Assembly: GCA_951406725.2 (NCBI GenBank)
Contig: OX597817.1
Coordinates: 11,284,001 to 11,348,000, forward strand
From: Octopus vulgaris
Taxonomy: Eukaryota
Length of the DNA: 64,000 nucleotides
Reading direction: 5' to 3'
The translations under genes were made by a program, and so were the position numbers. The notes below the pieces were generated by a model that was not told the DNA's origin, did no database searches, and was given only the letters and a program-made list of their open reading frames with translations. Shown here one piece after another: positions 29,422 through 43,291 of this stretch (within the stretch, counting starts at the first letter, position 1; the number at the start of each line of letters is the position of its first letter).

Positions 29422-30439
29422 AAGAATTGTTTATATATTAACTAGTATTATTCAGTAACTCTTATAAAGCTGCATTAAACAAAAAGAAGTCATCTTTAAA
29501 ACATCCATCAAGCAAATATAAAATATTTACGTTGACTCACAGGAAAACTGAGATGAAAAGCGAGTAATGGATGGTGTTAAGTCATCAGAAACTTATGAAA
29601 ATTCGTTAAAATGAATAATAATTCTTTTAATAATGCAAAATTTGTAATGTTATAAAAATAGAAGCGTAGTCAAACGATGTACTAGAATGTTAAACTAAGT
29701 GTACAACACTATTTAGCTTCTTTCCTTTTAGGCTTTATCTTCTCTATGAGTTCAATGAAATAAATGAAAAAGCAGGCTGACAGTGATAGAAACACTCAAT
29801 ACTTTGGTATTTCTTCTTCTAACGGAAATGCATATTTATTCAAAGTGCCAATCTATAGCTAGGTGTATAAGTGAACAAAAGTTAAGTACCTTGACCATGC
29901 TGGTGTCACTATTAAATGGATATGAATAATCGTACTCGAGCACACCACTGCCTTACAATTTACTGAAGCCATTTTCCATTCCTTTACGCACTAATCTCCG
30001 TGAGAAAATAATGGTGATCATGCCTCTCAAATTTAGAGGATCTGTTGAATGATGACAGATTAGATACCAGAAAAGGAGAGGAAATAAGGAGAAGGTATCA
30101 CGCGATAAATTAGAAACTAGAAATCATTTGCTGAGGCAAAAAAACCTGAAATATTTCATTTAGAGAAATTAGTTTCCTTTTGAATTGGGAGAAAATTATT
30201 GATGCAAAACATGTTGATCATGACTTATAAGTTCCCCTCTCCTACTTATATCGATCAAATAGTTAGGGTACTCTGGAAAAATATTCTGAAGAAATTCCTA
30301 AGTAGAAGAGTCCTCGAGTCACATGAAATGAATCCACGGAGTAATTCAATTCGTTTATTGAACGATTAAGTACTTGAATGATTGACAGGAAAGCTGAGTT
30401 GGCGAAACGTGCCTTTTGCCATCTGGTACTAACATAAAC

Positions 30440-30825
30440 GTGGAGGCGCAATGGCCCAGTGGTTAGGGCAGCGGACTCGCGGTCATAGGATCGCGGTTTC
30501 GATTTCCAGACCGGGCATTGTGAGTGTTTATTGAGCGAAAACACCTAAAGCTCCTCGAGGCTCCGGCAGGGGATGGTGGTGATCCCTGCTGTACTCTTTC
30601 ACCACAACTTTCTCTCACTCTTACTTCCTCTTTCTGTTGTACCTGTATTTCAAGGGGCCGGCCTTGTCACTCTCTGTGTCACGCTGAATATCCCCGAGAA
30701 CTACGTTAAGGGTACACGTGTCTGTGGAGTGCTCAGCCACTTACACGTTAATTTCACGAGCAGGCTGTTCCGTTGATTCGGATCAACCGGAACCCTCATC
30801 GTCGTTACCGACGGAGTGCTTCCAA
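30440..30825 (+). mobile_element. SINE family B, full length
   Basis: Family match; TSD ACTAACATAAAC (30428-30439, 30826-30837). Confidence 0.95.
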
Positions 30826-31229
30826 ACTAACATAAACAGTGTGGAAATCTATATCGACAAAAAGTGTTGGTTAACGGAAGCTGAGATGAACAGATGCTCT
30901 TTCTATCATAATGATGTATCTGTCTGGAAGATATATGATATTAAAACTGTGTAAATCAAATAAGTATAGTTTAGGAATAAAATAATGAACCAATTCTCTT
31001 TTTAATGACTCGGACAAAACACGAATGGAAGTGCCCGTGAATCAATACCTGGCCCCAATGTTTACAACAGAGAGGACGGTTATAAAGACAATGACCAAAG
31101 TATGAGAAGTGGCATAAAGCCGAGTAATTGATTTATTCCACTGCTCACGGACGGGAACACTTCCTATGACGGAATTTAACACTTTAACTTACGTCTAACA
31201 AATTTCGGGAGAAAAATAACTTCACAAAT

Positions 31230-32718
31230 CCTGTGTAACCATCGCTACTCCAACAAATGAAGCAGCACAAATTGTGAATGATTTTCTGTTGACCAGGATC
31301 CCTTGTGAGCTAAAAATATACAGATGCTCAGATACAGTTGATAAAGAAAATGTGTACCCAATCGAGTTCATCAACAAACTTAAATCATCAGGGTTTCCAC
31401 CAAACATTATCAAACTGAAGGAAAAACGATGCATAATGATTCTGAGAAATTTAGATGATACCTATTTCTTTATTACCCACAAGGGGCTAAACACAGAGGG
31501 GACAAACAAGGACAGACATAGGTATTAAGTCGATTACATCGACCCCAGTGCGTAACTGGTACTTAATTTATCGACCCCGAAAGGATGAAAGGCAAAGTTG
31601 ACCTCGGCGGAATTTGAACTCAGAAGGTAACGACAGACGAAATACCTCTAAGCATTTCGTCCGGCGCGCTAACGTTTCTGCCAGCTCGCCGCCTATGAAA
31701 TTTAGATGATACCAATTGATATTGCAATGGCACACACCACATCATTGTCAGTTTATATGATCAAGTTATTAAGGCTGAGGTTGCTTCTGGTTCTGATGCA
31801 GGATCAACTCTACTAATCCCAAGAATACCACATGTATCTCAAGAGATGGAATTTCCATTTACATTTACGCACAAACAATTTCCTGTCAAGCCAGCTTTGA
31901 CCTCGACGTGCAACAAGGCCCCAGGGACAACCTTCGGAACAAATTGGAATATATCTTCTGACACAAGTCTTCTCACATGGTCAGCTGCATGTTGCTTTAT
32001 CTAGAGTTCGAAAGAAGGCTAATGTAAGAGTATTGGCCGAGAGAAATGGAAACAGTATGATTACTGACAATTGTGTCTACGAGGAGACACTACTTTAAAG
32101 CAAAATATGCTTTTTAGCAAGTTTCAGTAAATAGAATTAACATATAAATTATATGTAAAGTAACATATATTTGTATGGAATTAAATTGTTTTGGCATATT
32201 TCAACACATGCCGAATGAATGATATCGCTATATTAGATCATTTTAAATCTGGGTATATTTGAAAAAGGAAGGAAACGTCATTCCTATGTGTTCTCACAGA
32301 CCAGACTTTTTGTGCGTGTGAGTGTGTGTGTATCCCTCCCTCTATCCTTCCGTCCTTCCATCCATCCATCCATCCATCCATCCATCCATCCATCATTCAT
32401 CCATCTCTCTCTTTCTCCCTCTTTCTCTCTCTCTCTCTCTCTCTACCTATCTATCTATCTATCTGTCTATCTATCTATGCACACCTATGTAAGTTCTACC
32501 AATTATTAATGATAAATATATATATAAGATTGATTCTTTAAAAATGAGAGATTATGACTGATCAATTAATGAAAGCAATATTTACTAAGCAAGTGAGCCG
32601 TATTATTCAAAGAAATAATTAGACGTAAAATATAAAAATTATTAGATTTGGGAATCAAATGTGGAAATATTATCGAGTGATTAGCAGAAAACCGCCCTGA
32701 GGGCGGTCTTTCTGCTAG
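31230..32718 (+). mobile_element. 3' part of an autonomous Helitron (Pif1-family helicase C-terminus + 3' terminus), interrupted by SINE C
   Basis: YPIEFINKLKSSGFPPNIIKLK..IMILRNLD, CNGT, LLIPRI, KQFPVKPA, FSHGQLHVALSRV, NCVYEE; hairpin ACCGCCC-TGA-GGGCGGT (32691-32707) followed by CTAG|T at 32715-32718. Confidence 0.92.
31460..31694 (-). mobile_element. SINE family C (tRNA-derived, ~235 bp)
   Basis: 17-bp TSD GAAATTTAGATGATACC (31446-31462, 31697-31713). Confidence 0.95.
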
Positions 32719-32736
32719 TTTATTTCAATGTCAAAA

Positions 32737-32890
<154 letters not shown>

Positions 32891-32901
32891 ATGTACATAA
32901 A

Positions 32902-32954
<53 letters not shown>

Positions 32955-32975
32955 TATAGAACTTAATCACTAATT

Positions 32976-33025
<50 letters not shown>

Positions 33026-33320
33026 CAAAGTAAGTTAGGGGTTATGGGTGCAACCCACTAAGGGATAGTATTTATCCAATATACTATTGGTAAAGTACCC
33101 AAATTCTTAATACATATATGTTTTTTAATTGCAAAGGAATGATCTTAATGATTTCAATAATTTATATCTTGATTTTTATAATTTGTATTCTTATCTTATA
33201 TGTATTGAATTATAAGATATATATATATGCTATTAAGGTTCTCATTTTGTTAAATGAATAAATAATAAAACATTCTATTATCCGAAAGTTGATGAACAAA
33301 CTAAATTGTTTCTCCACTTT

Positions 33321-33393
<73 letters not shown>

Positions 33394-33397
<4 letters not shown>

Positions 33398-33732
33398 AAT
33401 TGCAGCGTGGAAGGTGTTTATAAGCCATTTAAGAAACACACAAAAGCCGTTCGATTCACTTCAACATTTAAGTTTAATTTGTCAAAATATTTTCGTCGCT
33501 AAAATCCGCGACCTGTTCACTGACAAAGTCCGTGCTGCATCAGACTTTGTCAGTGAACAGGTCGCGGATTTTAGCGACGAAAATATTTTTACAAATTAAA
33601 CTTAAATGTTGAAGTGAATCGAACGGCTTTTTGTGTTTCTTAAATGGCTTATAAACACCTTCCACGCTGCAATTGTTTTCGTTTCAGCACACGATCTCAG
33701 ATCAAATTACTTGCTATGCGAGTACATCTCCG

Positions 33733-33736
<4 letters not shown>
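33394..33736 (+). mobile_element. Penelope-like foldback remnant in (TA)n: ~135-bp inverted arms, 12-nt loop, ~58-nt tail
   Basis: Near-perfect inverted repeat 33395-33530 / 33543-33677; each arm carries a hammerhead-like fold. Confidence 0.75.
33478..33527 (-). ncRNA. Hammerhead-ribozyme-like motif, G3-C8 core variant (second copy on + at 33546-33595)
   Basis: UUUGUCA GUGAACA G GUCGC-GGAUUUUA-GCGAC GAAA AUAU UU UGACAAA. Confidence 0.65.
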
Positions 33737-33807
<71 letters not shown>

Positions 33808-33956
33808 GAGTAGTTGAATGAATTATCTTATTAAGGATAATTCGAAAGATAACCGATACCTGGGTAGCAAATTCACATCAGAAAGAACACGGTTGAAGCT
33901 ACGTCCCTAGGGCATAGACTACGTGTCTTCGTGCGGAAATTTGTATGTTTATTTTG

Positions 33957-34024
33957 AAATTATAAGTATATGAAAGAATGGAGTTGAACGACTAGTTCAA
34001 CTTCATTCTTTCATATACTTATAA

Positions 34025-34027
<3 letters not shown>
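33957..34027. repeat. ~33-bp-arm hairpin next to (TA)n
   Basis: AAATTATAAGTATATGAAAGAATGGAGTTGAAC-GACTA-GTTCAACTTCATTCTTTCATATACTTATAATTT. Confidence 0.85.
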
Positions 34028-34075
<48 letters not shown>

Positions 34076-34760
34076 GTGTATGTATTCGCATATAAGTGAT
34101 GAACGCTTATGTTTACAAGGAAGTAAAATATACTTAATAGACAATTATTGGAGGGTTCAGACGTGAAACGTTAGAAAGAGATGCAGACTTGGCAATGATG
34201 AAGATATGCGTTCGTCTGGAAGTGTCATCAGTGAAGGTAAGATTTAGCATTCGTAAGAACTGTACATGCTCCATACTCCTATTTACGTGGGAGTGAGATA
34301 CGTTAATCTGTTCTGGATACGTACTGTGATTTTGTTTTCTTGCTATTGAGGGAGACAAGACTGGCATGACTCCATGGAGGACATTTTTCAGATCTTTGTT
34401 CACGGTATCTGCGTAGACTGGGCGTGAAGTGTTTAGATTAGGTTAGAATTAGAGACTATACACGCAAGATTGCACGCCTCACCCACGCATACGTATGCCA
34501 GCGGTTACACACACACACACAAATATATATATATATACGTATATACATGTGTATATATATAATTGTATAATGCTATTTGCTGTATAAAGAGGGGGGAGCT
34601 ATAGAGGAGGATTCATAGAAAATAAAAAAGCAGCAATAATAATTCATATTGTGTGTATGTACATACATACATATATATATGAAATGCATGTATGCATATA
34701 TAAATATATATATATATATATTTTATATATATATATATATATATGTTCGCGTTTGTGTGA

Positions 34761-34799
<39 letters not shown>

Positions 34800-34856
34800 C
34801 ATATATACATATATACATATATATAATATATATGTGTATATAGTATATTGTATACA

Positions 34857-35250
34857 TGTGTGGCTGTATGGTAAGAAGCTTGCTTTCCAAATATATGGTT
34901 CCAGGTTCAGTCCCACCACGTGTCATTTTGGGCAAGTATCTTCTACTATTGTCTCGGGTCAACGAAAGCCTTATGAGTGAATTTGGCAGTGAGAAACTGA
35001 AAGAAGTTTGTCATATATATATATATATATATATTAATTTATTTTTGAATATGACAACCTTCTGTTGTCTGTGGCCATGCTGGAACACCGCCTTTAAGGG
35101 TTTTAGTCCAAGAAATCAACCCCAGTACGTATTCTTTGTAAGCCTAGTACTTATTCTATCGGTCTCTTTCACAGAACCACTAAGTTGCGGGGACATATAC
35201 ACACACCAGAATCGGTTGTCAAGCGATGGGGGTGGGACAAACACAGACAC
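34857..35250. mobile_element. SINE A 5' half (+, 34857-35012) followed by a 3' half in opposite orientation (-, 35068-35250)
   Basis: Family match of each half. Confidence 0.85.
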
Positions 35251-35309
35251 AGGCAAGCATACACACACATACGCTTATATATATTTATCTATCTGTTCAT
35301 CTGTCTATC

Positions 35310-35367
<58 letters not shown>

Positions 35368-35384
35368 CATACCATACACCTACA

Positions 35385-35473
35385 GAGATAGATAGATGAA
35401 GAGATAGATAGATAGATGGATGGATCGATGGATGGATCGATGGATGGATAGATAGATAGATATATATATATAT

Positions 35474-35530
<57 letters not shown>

Positions 35531-35549
35531 CAGATATATATATATATAT

Positions 35550-35620
<71 letters not shown>
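35385..35620. repeat. (GATA)n compound microsatellite
   Basis: Direct. Confidence 0.95.
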
Positions 35621-35621
<1 letters not shown>

Positions 35622-35896
35622 GATGCGAGATAGCTTGAAAGATAGATACAGATGTGTTTGCACATTCAAGCGCATATGTTTACAAGAGTCGGTAAAGAGA
35701 GGAAAAGGATGGGAAGCAAAGCTAAATAAAAGGCAACTGGAAAATCAGAGACGAGGAAAATAAAGAACTTAGATATGGTTAAGAGCATATGCAAGATATA
35801 TTTTCGGAATATTAATGTTGACGTGTACGCAATAGTAAAAATAAGAGATAGGTTTCTCCTTTTCTTTCTCTCTCTCTCTTTCTTTCTCTACCTCTG

Positions 35897-35967
<71 letters not shown>

Positions 35968-36065
35968 ACACAAACACATATGTATATATATCATATGCAT
36001 AAGCATGTACGATTGTGCTCTGCGTGTGTGTGTATATATATATATATATACATACTTATATATGC

Positions 36066-36119
<54 letters not shown>

Positions 36120-36251
36120 AAATATGTATACATATATATATATGCATATATATGCATATATATACATATATATATATATGCATATAAATGCATATGTATA
36201 GGTACATACATACATATACACATACATACACACACACACGACCACACAAAC

Positions 36252-36294
<43 letters not shown>

Positions 36295-36745
36295 GTGAAA
36301 GACAGTGAGGGAGACAAGCAGAGACAGAAAGACCGAGATACATTGGGTGGGTGAAAACGTATTTGGTAAAATAAGGTTGCAGTGGCAGTAAGGAAGATTG
36401 GCTGTGTGCCATTTTAATATAATAGCTAGACTGATTCAAGATGATGCACTTGTGTACTTGTATCTGTTTGTTCTTGACTGTTGATGCATATGCGCATATA
36501 TATATATATATATATTTGAATGTATGTATGTATATTTATGTACACACACACCTATATATATATGTATGTATCTATAAATATATATATATGTTTAAACACA
36601 AACACACACACACATATGTATATGCATTTATATATAAACATATACGTTTATACATATCCATGTCTATATGTATCCATATATGTATATATACACACATATG
36701 GATGATTACGTATATATATTTTTTATGGATGGATATGTATATATA

Positions 36746-36798
<53 letters not shown>

Positions 36799-36827
36799 AT
36801 ATATATATATATATTTACATATATATA

Positions 36828-36867
<40 letters not shown>

Positions 36868-36880
36868 CATACATATATAT

Positions 36881-37165
36881 GCCAGCATCACCTTACTGGC
36901 ACCTGTTCCGGTGGCATGTGTAAAAAGATTCGGGTGAGGTCGTTGCCAGTACCGCCTGAGTTGCCTCCGTACCCGTGGCACGTAAAAGCATCCGTTACAC
37001 TCTCAGAGTGGTTGGCGTTAGGAAGGGCATCCAGCTGTAGTAATTCTACCAGATCAAGTTTGAAGCATTGTGCAGCCATCTGGTTCGCCAGCCCTCAGTC
37101 AAATCGTCCAACCCATGCTAGCATGGAAAGCGGACGTTAAAGGATGATGATGATGATGATGATGA
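36881..37165 (+). mobile_element. 3' part of SINE family E with (GAT)n tail
   Basis: GGTTGGCGTTAGGAAGGGCATCCAGCTGTAG motif, ends GGACGTTAAAG(GAT)n. Confidence 0.7.
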
Positions 37166-37293
37166 TATATATGTGTGCATATATTTGTATGTGTGACTCC
37201 CTGCTTACATGTACACAAATGCGCGCAGGCCTTTGTAGAAGAGGAGCTGTTTTAAACCTAACGTCGCCAAAATTCAATTTGTATGAAAATAGA

Positions 37294-37384
<91 letters not shown>

Positions 37385-37385
<1 letters not shown>

Positions 37386-37828
37386 TTCTGCTCAATACCA
37401 CAGATTTGCTTGTCAGTTGTTTGACCTTAACCAGTTGAGCATATCCCTTAGTGGCTGACGATATGTGCATCTCTGATCACGAGCAGAAGTAGTGGGGGAG
37501 CATCATAGCCATGTGTTGAGAGGGATTCTTTGGGGTTTGAATAATTCACCTCTGGAAACATGGGTGGTTTTTTCAACATCCTTAAACAACCCTTATTCAG
37601 GGACCGTTTGAGCGGGATGGGCTACTCGACCTGAAGAAAATTCTAACTGGGCCCCACCTGCAAGGTCATGTGCTGTTTATCTTGATATGAGATCACCATG
37701 TCGCGCACATATGGTTGTGATGCATGTGCCTGGTGTACCCTTATCAGACGGGTAGTCATGATGGGTATATTGGGCTTCGTATATTTTACCCCAGTGTCAC
37801 TTTGATGGCATGCACTGCTCTCTCACTC

Positions 37829-37829
<1 letters not shown>
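37385..37829 (+). mobile_element. ~445-bp non-coding interspersed element embedded in (TAA)n
   Basis: Flanked on both sides by (TAA)n; diverged partial copy on the minus strand at 41050-41310. Confidence 0.8.
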
Positions 37830-37902
<73 letters not shown>

Positions 37903-38197
37903 AATGACTATTGTACAACAAGGTCAAATTAGTTTTGTTATAACTTAAGTAAAACAAAAGAAACTCACCTGATTCTTGGCAAAGGTGTTATGTTCATTCC
38001 AAACAGAAGCAAAACAAATTTCCATAAATCTACCATCACATTCGAAATACATCTTTTCCCTTTACTCCGTAATATGTTATTTTAAGCAGGCAAAATCTGG
38101 AATACAGGACTAAAATACTTCAAACTACAATTCTCTGTCAATTAGGTAAATCAATGCATTCATGAGTCAATTTTCTAAATATGTATGAGGCAGACAT

Positions 38198-38287
<90 letters not shown>

Positions 38288-38288
<1 letters not shown>

Positions 38289-38470
38289 AGGTATATTTGT
38301 CACTTAAATGTGGCTAACCACTAAGGGAGGATGCTACTGTAGCTTGTAGCCCCAGGAGAACATCTTCTCCAGCTGGCTATTGACACACTTCCTGTGCCCT
38401 ATGGTTAGCCACATTTAAGTGGCAAATATACTTCACATTGTGCAGTTGCTGTTTATACCTCGTTAAGAGA

Positions 38471-38472
<2 letters not shown>
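38288..38472 (+). mobile_element. Foldback + tail unit in (TA)n (probable PLE remnant)
   Basis: 30-bp arms 38291-38320 / 38402-38431, then a ~40-nt tail to (TA)n. Confidence 0.6.
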
Positions 38473-38535
<63 letters not shown>

Positions 38536-38990
38536 TAAATAAAATGAAACAATAAACTCAAGGCTGTGTGGAATTTTCAGGACATTTATAAAGAGAAAGT
38601 TAGTCATACACCTGTTTCTGAAATATTAGAGATATCCTTTCAGGAGAAACCTTGTGAGATGATTAAATGGAGGGAAATATCAGAGTTCAATATGAGGAGT
38701 TATTTTAGAAAACGAAGCACATGGGGAGTATATAGGGAAATGGGAGAATGAACGTAGAAATAAAATTAAAAATGTATAAAGATGCTATGGCTGAAGTTCC
38801 ATTATCCAGGGTAGGTGGTGTGTAAAAGTGGTAGAAATACTACCCACCCGTGGTATGTAATTTCCAATAGGAGTTCATATTTTGTCATCCCAAATGCAAA
38901 GTGTGGAAACGTAGATTCCATGTGCTGTTCATTCAAAGGGGTGTTTTATTTAACATATACGATCATTCAAAACTCGCAGTAAACCCCTCA
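38536..38990 (-). mobile_element. Probable PLE 3' remnant abutting (TA)n
   Basis: Minus strand has GAAACAGGTGTA (one change from GAAACAGCTGTA) at the same distance from the TA tract as better-preserved copies. Confidence 0.45.
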
Positions 38991-39093
38991 CTCGTATCAT
39001 TATCGAATCGAGATTTTAACTACGGTCCTTCCATAGCACTTACATAGCGCTACCTGCCACCTTGTGTCTTCTGGATACCAATACCTCTCATAG

Positions 39094-39146
<53 letters not shown>

Positions 39147-39243
39147 CATATGCATATATGCATGTTCGTATACATAAATACATAAATATATATATATATG
39201 CATGTATATACACTCTCAATCTCTCTATATATATCCTGTACAT

Positions 39244-39646
39244 TTTTTTTACTTGTTTCAGTCATTTTGACTGCGGCCATGCTGGAGCACCGCCTTTAAT
39301 CGAGCAACTCGACCCCGGGACTTATTCTTTGTAAGCCCAGTATTTATTCTATCGGTCGCTTTTGCCGAACCGCTAAGTGACGGGGACATAAACACACCAG
39401 CATCAGTTGTCAAGCAATGCTAGGGGGACAAACACAGACACAAACTTACACGCACACACACACATATATATATATACATATATAGGACTGGCTTCTTTCA
39501 GTTTCCGTCTACCAAATCCACTCACAAGGCTTTGGTCGGCCAGAGGCTATAGTAGAAGACACTTGCCCAAGGTGCCACGCAGTGGGACTGAACCGGGAAC
39601 CATGTGGTTGGTAAACAAGCTACTTACCACACAGCCACTCCTGTGC
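39244..39646 (-). mobile_element. SINE family A
   Basis: Family match. Confidence 0.94.
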
Positions 39647-39672
39647 TTATATATGTATGTACATATACATGT

Positions 39673-39750
<78 letters not shown>

Positions 39751-39764
39751 ATATGTATATATAC

Positions 39765-40500
39765 TTCCCACTGCGCCTAACCTAAAGCATAATATAGCAG
39801 TAATAAACAAAAGGAAATTTAATACTATTAGTACTAACAAATATACTCTTAATTATTCAACTAGCAAACACCAATCTGGGTCTATTGCAACAAATACTGC
39901 TTTATTCGGTACAAATGAAGACGACAATACTGCAATATCCTCGCATAGTAATAGCAATAACACTAATAAAATTTATAATGTTTATTCTTATATCAAACAT
40001 AATAGCATGTGCAAAAGTGGAGGCGCAATGGCCCAGTGGTTAGGGCAGCGGACTCGCGGTCGTAGGATCGCGGTTTCGATTCCCAGACCGGACGTTGTGA
40101 GTGTTTATTAAGCGAAAACACCTAAAAGTTCCACGAGGCTCCGGCAGGGGATGGTGGTGATCTCTGCTCTTTCACCACCACTTTCTCTCACTCTTACTTC
40201 TTGTTTCTGTTGTACCTGTATTTCAAAGGGCCGGCCTTGTCACTCTCTGTGTCACGCTGAATATCCCCGAGAACTACGTTAAGGGAACACGTGTCCGTGG
40301 AGTGCTCAGCCACTTACACGTTAATTTCACGAGCAGGCTGTTCCGTTGATTTGGATCAACCGGAACCCTCGTCGTCCGACGGAGTGCTTCCACATAGCAT
40401 GTGCAAATGTAGGAACGGAGAAAAGTGCCCGTAAAATAACAAGTCTCAGGAATAATTAAATTTATAATTGCTCTGTTAAAATACTAATAAAACTCATTTT
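39765..40500 (+). mobile_element. PLE RT-endonuclease linker fragment split by SINE B
   Basis: TAPNLKHNIAVINKRK..Asn-rich..SMCK|CRNGEKCP*NNK resembles the PLE CxC..CP..C linker; starts at a TA/TG tract. Confidence 0.6.
40017..40392 (+). mobile_element. SINE family B
   Basis: Family match; TSD ATAGCATGTGCAAA (40002-40015, 40394-40407). Confidence 0.95.
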
Positions 40501-41049
40501 AAATACGCGTGACAGCATCCAAACCCAAACTTAGAGGTATTATCATATGCACTCCTTTAAGTGTAAGAGAAGAGCCCACGTTCCCTCATTTGTTAGATCA
40601 CCTCGTTCTTCAAGGAGAAAGATATCAATTACCCAATCTCATGGTCGATTATAACTAGTGGACTGCCATAAAAAGAGTGAGGAAGTAGCTATAATTCGTG
40701 TTCAGTAGAGGCAGCGGAAAATTTCAATAATGAATTATCAATCTGTCGTGGATTACATATCTAATAAAAATTACTTAATAACTTTTATTTAAAAATTCCA
40801 CTTAGTTCACTTGATTCTAATAATATTGATAATACCATGAAACTACTAGAAGCACTTTTTAAAAAAAGTTCTGTGTATGTTAAATGATATCTATTTCTCA
40901 TTGGATGGAGTACTGTTTTTGTTTATCCTACTTATAATGGAACAGTAAGTTATATATGTATATATATATGATTCATTGACATGTTTTATCTCCCTACGAT
41001 TCAGAAATTTGTAGATCCTCTTTTAATCAAAATGGCAATTCCCAGCAAA

Positions 41050-41310
41050 TGCATCACAACCATATGTGCGCGACATTGTGACCTCCTATCGAGATAAACA
41101 GAGCATGACTTTGCAGGTGGGGTCCAGTTAGAATTTTCTTCAGGTCGTGTAGCCAATCCCACTCAAAATGTTCCTGAACGAAACACCCATGTTTTCAAAA
41201 GTGAACCCCAAATATCCCCTTTCAACACATGACTCTCTTGCTCCCCCACTACTCCTGCTTACGACCAGAGATGCACATATTGTCAGCTACCAAGGGACAT
41301 GCAACTGATA
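41050..41310 (-). mobile_element. Diverged partial copy of the 37385 element
   Basis: GCATCACAACCATATGTGCGCGACAT and CAGTTAGAATTTTCTTCAGGTCG match its reverse complement. Confidence 0.8.
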
Positions 41311-41679
41311 AGAAAATCTGAATGCTATCAAGAAACATTTCTGATTTCGTCTCATTACTATTGCTTTACATAGTTCTCGTATCGATAAGCACCAGTTGCC
41401 GGGGGGGTGATATAATCGTCAAAAACTATTATAAACAGTTCTATCACATTTGTCTCCCACAATACGTTGGGACTTATGGTTTCAATTTCATGGTAGAGTG
41501 AGAACGAGTTTCTGTGACTTTCATTCTTTTCTCAAGAATACTAATAATATAATGTGAATGGCAAAATCAAAGAATAAAAGAGCAAAAAAAAAAAAACACC
41601 CAAAAAACAAAAAAAAACAGGTCATTGAAAGCTTATCTCAATACTACGACATTTCCCATACAGCAATATAAACAACAAA

Positions 41680-41692
41680 ACTACTACTACTA

Positions 41693-41727
<35 letters not shown>

Positions 41728-41817
41728 ACTACTACTACTACTACTACTACCACTACCACTACTACTACTACTACTACCACCACCACCACCACCACCACTA
41801 CCACCACCACCACCACC

Positions 41818-41863
<46 letters not shown>

Positions 41864-41864
41864 T
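41680..41864. repeat. (TAC)/(TGC)/(CAC) compound trinucleotide repeat
   Basis: Direct. Confidence 0.95.
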
Positions 41865-42386
41865 AGTTGCCATTTTAAAAACTAATTCTACTGTTGCTAC
41901 TCACACTATTGTGATTTCATTGCTGTTATTGTGTCTGACATTATTCTTTTTCGGTTGTGTTATTTTAATATTTTGTTTTTTGTTGTTGTTGGCCACTAGT
42001 ATTATTACTTGCCGCAGTTCTATATTCTTCCTGTTGATATAACAGTTGTTTACTTTTCATTATTACACTAATAGTTACTACAATTCATAGGCGGTGGTTA
42101 GCCTTTAAAAAGACCTACCGCTCAGAGGTTTAAACAAAGTTTTCATCCAAGCGCTAAACTACTTTACCTTACTACAATAGCATGCCTTTGTGAGAAGATA
42201 TATTATTTCTAGAATAATAAAGAATATATTTGTCGTACTATTAATATAGTATTAAGTGTTTCTATCTACGCAAGGTCAGGGTAGGTTCATTGTCCAGTTG
42301 TTTGGGGGATTCAGGTACAGTGATAAAGCGCAACGTTAAACGAAAGTGAGCAAGTTCAATATTAATCCAAGAATATATATTGATAT

Positions 42387-42547
42387 AGGCGCAGGAGTGG
42401 CTGTGTGGTAAGTAGCTTGCTAACCAACCACATGGTTCCGGGTTCAGTCCCACTGCGTGGCATCTTGGGCAAGTGTCTTCTGCTATAGCCCCGGGCCGAC
42501 CAATGCCTTGTGAGTGGATTTGGTAGACGGAAACTGAAAGAAGCCTG

Positions 42548-42591
<44 letters not shown>

Positions 42592-42826
42592 ATATATGTG
42601 TGTATGTGTTTATCCCCCTAGCATTGTTTGACAACCGATGCTTGTGTGTTTATTGTGTGTTTATGTCCCCGTCACTTAGCGGTTCGGCAAAAGAGACCGA
42701 AAGAATAAGTACTGGACTTGCAAAGAATAAGTCCCGGGGTCGATTTGGTCGACTAAAGGTGGTGCTTCAGCATGGCCGCAGTCAAATGACTGAAACAAGT
42801 AAAAGAGTAAAAGAGAGTAAAAGAGT
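42387..42826 (+). mobile_element. SINE family A
   Basis: Family match. Confidence 0.95.
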
Positions 42827-43291
42827 ATATATATATTTACACAGATTCACATTCACGACTATATATAATTGAAATGTTAATTATAATTTCAGCAGTCCAG
42901 TAATTTATATTACCATCTTATGTGTAGGTCATACAAATTACTACAGGTTTTCCAGAATAAGCAACAGCTGTATTTAAGATCGATGAAATTTTCATTGGTT
43001 GGCAGTGATGTGTTTAACACTTCCATTGTGTAGGGTGGAAATGTTTTCACTACAGGCCAATGTAACACACAACAGAAAGTGGCCACTAACTGTAGTGTTC
43101 GAATGTTTGTGTTTGTCTACTAGTCGAGGTTTCAACAGGTGTCCCAACAGGGTATCTAAAACGTGTCTTTGAACCCCAAGTAATGGTGTTTTGATACTGT
43201 ATATCTACTGTAAATATATACTGTTGAGCCTATACATCTGATGAAACATTAGAATCTATGTTGAAAAAAATAAAACAAATAAAATCAACAG

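Noticed and set aside
34134-34403. 89-aa ORF in non-repetitive sequence
   Set aside because: No recognisable motif or splice support; possibly a very old LINE relic
41625-41885. Poly-Tyr/Cys/His ORF
   Set aside because: Compound trinucleotide repeat with no other coding evidence
43238-43266. CTGATGA-AACAT..ATGTT-GAAA hammerhead core
   Set aside because: Stem II is present but there is no stem III, cleavage triplet or stem I
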